Positions 60,170-64,000 of a stretch of DNA of 64,000 nucleotides are shown here, in pieces (position 1 is the stretch's first letter; every line of letters begins with the position of its first letter). The translations under genes and the position numbers were made by a program. Origin of the DNA: Spirochaetota bacterium (GTDB lineage Bacteria > Spirochaetota > UBA4802 > UBA5550). The notes beneath the pieces were generated by a model, which was given only the letters and a program-made list of their open reading frames with translations, had not been told where the DNA came from and did no database searches. Location: positions 78,257-142,256 of the forward strand of contig JAJRXZ010000026.1 in NCBI GenBank assembly GCA_024276015.1, in the 5' to 3' direction.

Positions 60170-60799
60170 TTAAGCGCATTCCTCTTTGATGTATGGAACA
60201 AAAGGAGCAATCCCGATATCCTCGGAAAGTATATTATCTCTATCTCTGCCCATTTTTATAAATTTTTTTATAATGCAGGTCGATCCGTTAAAAAGAGGAA
60301 TAATAAGCACTCCTCCTTCTACAAGTTTGTCAAATATATCTTCAGGAAGGTTTCTGGCTCCCGCAGCTACAATAATAGAATCGAATAAACCGTCAGCCTC
60401 ACTAAAATCATCGGTATGGAGGATTCTAATATTGCTGTAACCCAATTTAAAGATTATTCGTCTTGCTCTGTCGCTGAGTTCTTTTATTCTTTCAATAGTA
60501 ACAACATATTCTGCAATTTCTCCCAGAATTGCAGATTGATATCCGGAACCGGTTCCGATTTCCAGCACTCTTTTATTACCGCTTAATCCGGCAGCCTGAA
60601 CCATTATGCCTATAATTGAAGGTCTGGAAATTGTCTGTCCCAAACCGATGGGCAGGGACGTATCGTCATAGGCTTTATAACGCAGCGCCTGAGATACAAA
60701 AAAATGCCTCGGTACATTTTTCATAGCTCTAATAACGCTCTCCGAATATACTCCCGATGAAACTATACTGCTTATCATATTTGATCTGATATAATGCAT
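60170..60799 (-). CDS. pcm: Protein-L-isoaspartate O-methyltransferase
   Basis: Motif I VLEIGTGSGYQSAILGEI plus DxxxxxGG post-I features. Start trimmed to the internal Met 'MHYIRSNM' at 60799 (or Met 'MISSIV' at 60778). The full ORF (to 60874) would overlap the upstream gene by 65 nt. Confidence 0.65.
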   Translation of the reverse strand: MHYIRSNMISSIVSSGVYSESVIRAMKNVPRHFFVSQALRYKAYDDTSLPIGLGQTISRPSIIGIMVQAAGLSGNKRVLEIGTGSGYQSAILGEIAEYVVTIERIKELSDRARRIIFKLGYSNIRILHTDDFSEADGLFDSIIVAAGARNLPEDIFDKLVEGGVLIIPLFNGSTCIIKKFIKMGRDRDNILSEDIGIAPFVPYIKEECA

Positions 60800-60809
60800 A
60801 ATGTTATTG

Positions 60810-62918
60810 TCACTGTTTCGGTACAAAATATCCTCCCCATTCAATTCCCTTCTGTTTCCTGTAATTAACTTCAAGCCTCACATCCGACCACCAGCCCGAA
60901 AAACTCAGAGGTTTATATGTAGAATAGACAAGAACGTATCTATACTCTTCGGATTTTTTGATTTTCCTGTAAATATCCCTCAGCCTGTCGGGATTGCCCG
61001 CCCTGAAAAGTCCTCCGCCGGTCTCATCTGCTATTCTTCTGAGAACTTCATCCGGTTTTCTGAATGAAATAATATATATGGGGATATAATGAGACCTGGC
61101 ATAATTTATTATATTTTTCGGAGTATACTGCTGAAAGGAATCTTCATAAACAGCTCCATCGGTTACAAGCACAACCGCCCTTCTGTTAAGCCTGGGCAGA
61201 AGATCGGATATTGCATTATAGAGAACACGGTCAAACCTTTTGCCCTTGTTGTAAATTCTTGTTTTGCCTCTGCCTTCTCTTCCGGTATATAGTCTCTTTC
61301 TCAGAGCATAGAGCGTCCTTCTTCTGCTCCAGTCAAATCCGTTCCCCTGCCAGTAGTCATTGTTAAAATTTATCAGCTTAATTCTGTCATTACTTCTCAT
61401 CTTTTTCAAGATAAAATCGGAGACCCAGGGAACTTCATTATGGAAACCTTCGCTTTTCAGAGACCTGTCAACACAGAGTACGATTGATACCGAAGGGGTT
61501 ATCTTCTTAAGATAATCGACATAGAGACCGGAAACCGGAGCGCTGTCTTCCGTAATCCTGAAATTACCCGCATTGAGATTGTAAAGAGGAGTACCGTTTC
61601 TGTTTCTTATATTTACGTAAAAAGCAACAACCGGAAATTTCTCAATATCAACAGATGTAATTTCAACTTCAAGATTGGAATAGACTCTCTCCACAGGTGA
61701 AAAATAAAAAACAGACTCATAATTATAATCAAGACAATATAGGTACCCGTCCCTGTCAACAACCGTAGATATCAGTTTTGAAAAGGTCTCCTTAACGCCG
61801 TCGCGGTAATAAAACCATCTGCCGCTGTTCCGGTCAGTATCGTACAGAAGAAGACCTCTTTTCTGATCGGATATCAGAAGCATATTTCTCATCTTTGAAA
61901 TACCTCCCGGCATCTCCAGCCCTTGGGGCGAAAAATTCTTAATAAAGTTTCCGGAATCGTCAAAGACTGCAATACGCCTGTTGCCTCTGTCCGTAATGTA
62001 GAGCCTGCCCTTTAAGAATACTATATCCGCAGGATGGTTCAGGCGGCCTTCATATTCGCCTTTAATGCCGAACTTCAGAATAAAGTTTCCATCACTGTCA
62101 AGTTTCTGGATCCTGTTATTTCCCGAATCAACAACATATATATATCCGTCTTTATCAAAACATACGCCTTGGGGCCCGTAAAAGCGTCCATTGCCGTTTC
62201 CCGAGGTCCCAATCTCTCGAATAATTTTACCGCTCTTATTCATTAGATAGAGTTTATCCAGTTTAAAGTCGGTAACTGCGATCCTATCATCGTGAATGTC
62301 AATACCATATAACATGGATTTGAAATCAGGTTTAATAATGGATACTCCCTTTCCTCCGGCGTCTATTTTGATCAATTTCCCGGATGAGAAAGAGGTAATA
62401 TAGATATTCTTTTCATTATCAACGGCAATATCAACAGGTTTTGGAAATCCGAACCTTTTCATCTTTGAAGAAACGAATGCGCTGTTCAGCACAAGCCCGG
62501 ATATATCAAACTGCTGCCCCTCACCCGAATCACGAAAACGGATATTATCAATTTTATTGGAAACGAATACATTTTCAGGGGAGATCTCCCTTAAATTTTC
62601 AAATTCCTGTAAAGCCTCGTCAATAAAACCGGCCAGTTTGTAAGATCTTGCAAGATAATCTCTTGCAGAGAGGTAGTCGGGGTATTCCTTGACCGCCTTT
62701 CTGAAAAATTCGGCAGCAGCAAGATAGCGCATTTTGTTAAAAAATTTCATGCCCTTTCTGAAATTCTCTTTGGCAATTTCAAACTTTGCAATATTGCCCG
62801 AATCGGGATAGGTTAAGCCGGTTCGAAATAGTGTGAGGAGAATAATTGAAATTATAATAAATAAATGTTTTATCTTTTTTGACATATACTTAAAAATCCA
62901 CGGGGAAAAGGATTGCAA
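60810..62918 (-). CDS. Large secreted multidomain protein: TPR region, NHL/beta-propeller repeats, C-terminal vWA-like domain
   Basis: 702 aa. Signal peptide. N-terminal TPR units. About 5 NHL-like blades (GPQGVCFDKDGYIYVVDSGNNRIQKLD, ADIVFLKGRLYITDRGNRRIAVFD...). C-terminal region with a DxSxS-like start (VLCVDRSLKSEG) suggestive of vWA/MIDAS. Confidence 0.5.
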   Translation of the reverse strand: MQSFSPWIFKYMSKKIKHLFIIISIILLTLFRTGLTYPDSGNIAKFEIAKENFRKGMKFFNKMRYLAAAEFFRKAVKEYPDYLSARDYLARSYKLAGFIDEALQEFENLREISPENVFVSNKIDNIRFRDSGEGQQFDISGLVLNSAFVSSKMKRFGFPKPVDIAVDNEKNIYITSFSSGKLIKIDAGGKGVSIIKPDFKSMLYGIDIHDDRIAVTDFKLDKLYLMNKSGKIIREIGTSGNGNGRFYGPQGVCFDKDGYIYVVDSGNNRIQKLDSDGNFILKFGIKGEYEGRLNHPADIVFLKGRLYITDRGNRRIAVFDDSGNFIKNFSPQGLEMPGGISKMRNMLLISDQKRGLLLYDTDRNSGRWFYYRDGVKETFSKLISTVVDRDGYLYCLDYNYESVFYFSPVERVYSNLEVEITSVDIEKFPVVAFYVNIRNRNGTPLYNLNAGNFRITEDSAPVSGLYVDYLKKITPSVSIVLCVDRSLKSEGFHNEVPWVSDFILKKMRSNDRIKLINFNNDYWQGNGFDWSRRRTLYALRKRLYTGREGRGKTRIYNKGKRFDRVLYNAISDLLPRLNRRAVVLVTDGAVYEDSFQQYTPKNIINYARSHYIPIYIISFRKPDEVLRRIADETGGGLFRAGNPDRLRDIYRKIKKSEEYRYVLVYSTYKPLSFSGWWSDVRLEVNYRKQKGIEWGGYFVPKQ

Positions 62919-62950
62919 AAACTATATAAATATTATCGGACAAAAGACGA

Positions 62951-64000
62951 TCATTTTGAAGAACCTTTCTTTCTCTTTTCTAACATCCTTTTAAGATATA
63001 CTCCTGTAAAGGACTTCTTCGCCGCAGCTACTTCTTCAGGCGTTCCCGCAGCAATGACCGTACCGCCTTCATCTCCCCCTTCGGGCCCCAAGTCTATGAT
63101 CCAGTCCGCTGTTTTTATTACATCAAGATTATGTTCAATAATAATAACCGTATTCCCTTTATCAACAAGAGAATTAAGCACATCTATCAATTTCCGAATA
63201 TCAGCAAAATGCAGACCCGTTGTGGGTTCATCAAGGATATAGATCGTTCTGCCTGTAGCTTTCTTGGAAAGCTCAGCTGCAAGCTTAACACGCTGAGCTT
63301 CTCCTCCCGATAACGTTGTGGCTGCCTGCCCCAGCTTAATATAACCGAGTCCCACATTAAAAAGCGTTTCAAGACGGCTTTTCACTCTTGGGATGCTGCT
63401 GAAAAAATCGAGGGCTTCCTCAACAGTCATCTCCAGAATTTCATAAATATTTTTGCCTTTATAACGCACTTCAAGAGTTTCATGGTTATATCTCTTGCCT
63501 TTGCAGATCTCGCAGGCAACATAAACATCGGGCAGAAAATGCATCTCAATCTTTTTCAGCCCGCCGCCATGGCAGGCTTCGCACCTTCCGCCTGTTACAT
63601 TAAAAGAGAATCTTCCGGGAGCATACCCTCTGACTCTCGATTCCGGCAGTTTTGAAAAAAGCTCTCTTATGGGAGTAAAAAGGCCGGTATATGTGGCAGG
63701 ATTTGACCTGGGAGTTCTGCCGATTGGAGACTGGTCTATGTCAATGACTTTATCCGCCTGCTCAATACCGAATATCTCTTTAAATTTGCCGGGATACTCC
63801 TTTGATCTCATTAAAATAGAGGAAAGCGCTTTATAGAGTATTTCAATTACAAGAGTCGATTTACCGGAACCGGACACTCCCGTTACCGCAGTAAATACGG
63901 CAAGAGGAAATTTCACATCGATATCTTTGAGATTATTTTCTGCTGCCCCTTTTATTTCAATAAAACCTTTCGGTTCCCTCCTTTTTTCAGGTATCGGAAT
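62951..64000 (-). CDS. uvrA: Excinuclease ABC subunit A, C-terminal portion; the gene continues beyond the window end
   Basis: Second ABC ATPase module: the same frame reads through to nt 64000 ([37 protein letters not shown]). Walker A, zinc-finger Cys (CEACHGGG...CEIC), ABC signature LSGGEAQR, Walker [11 protein letters not shown]. Confidence 0.85.
   Translation of the reverse strand: MPIPEKRREPKGFIEIKGAAENNLKDIDVKFPLAVFTAVTGVSGSGKSTLVIEILYKALSSILMRSKEYPGKFKEIFGIEQADKVIDIDQSPIGRTPRSNPATYTGLFTPIRELFSKLPESRVRGYAPGRFSFNVTGGRCEACHGGGLKKIEMHFLPDVYVACEICKGKRYNHETLEVRYKGKNIYEILEMTVEEALDFFSSIPRVKSRLETLFNVGLGYIKLGQAATTLSGGEAQRVKLAAELSKKATGRTIYILDEPTTGLHFADIRKLIDVLNSLVDKGNTVIIIEHNLDVIKTADWIIDLGPEGGDEGGTVIAAGTPEEVAAAKKSFTGVYLKRMLEKRKKGSSK

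Noticed and set aside
60800-60874. Full-length pcm ORF (234 aa) overlapping the upstream TPR-NHL gene by 65 nt
   Set aside because: Pcm proteins are about 210 aa and homology begins near the internal Met residues, so the start was trimmed.
1-64000. CRISPR arrays, tRNA/rRNA genes, transposases, integrases or phage genes
   Set aside because: No regularly spaced direct repeats, no cloverleaf-like GC-rich islands in intergenic regions, and no ORF with transposase, integrase or phage hallmark motifs were seen. The window appears non-mobile.

Overview
This 64 kb window is an AT-rich chromosomal segment (roughly mid-30s % GC by eye) that is densely coding and looks like it comes from an anaerobic, probably uncultivated bacterium. 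I found no rRNA, tRNA, CRISPR array, transposase or integrase.

Recognisable blocks:
- A selenocysteine-type formate dehydrogenase locus: fdnG with an in-frame TGA and a SECIS-like hairpin, fdnH, a NrfD-type membrane subunit, and fdhE.
- Housekeeping genes: ilvD, rpsA (ribosomal protein S1), thiG, thiH, and sixA.
- A complete V/A-type ATPase operon (E, DUF2764-like, A, B, D, I, K) that ends in a strong rho-independent terminator.
- An EF-G (fusA-like) gene interrupted by a single in-frame TAG.
- An MscS channel, a DtxR/MntR-family regulator, a cysteine desulfurase, pcm, and the 3' part of uvrA, which continues beyond the window edge.
- A large amount of signalling hardware: two PAS/HisKA_2 kinases, a PleD-like diguanylate cyclase, a cNMP-binding protein, a transmembrane LytTR regulator, and a GHKL-HDOD fusion.

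The accessory-looking loci most worth attention:
- A membrane-anchored TPR protein with a C-terminal Mrr-type restriction-endonuclease domain, co-oriented with a ParB-like nuclease-fold protein.
- A co-oriented run of M48 protease, SLOG-like protein and YegP, with a tiny DRR-repeat peptide encoded between them.
- A CE7 esterase homolog whose nucleophile serine is replaced by glycine.
- A degenerate-GGDEF membrane protein.
- A protein with a C-terminal J domain.
- A GT78-like (mannosylglycerate synthase-like) glycosyltransferase.

Every domain call below comes from reading the translated ORFs against remembered family motifs. No database search was run, so family assignments need HMM confirmation.
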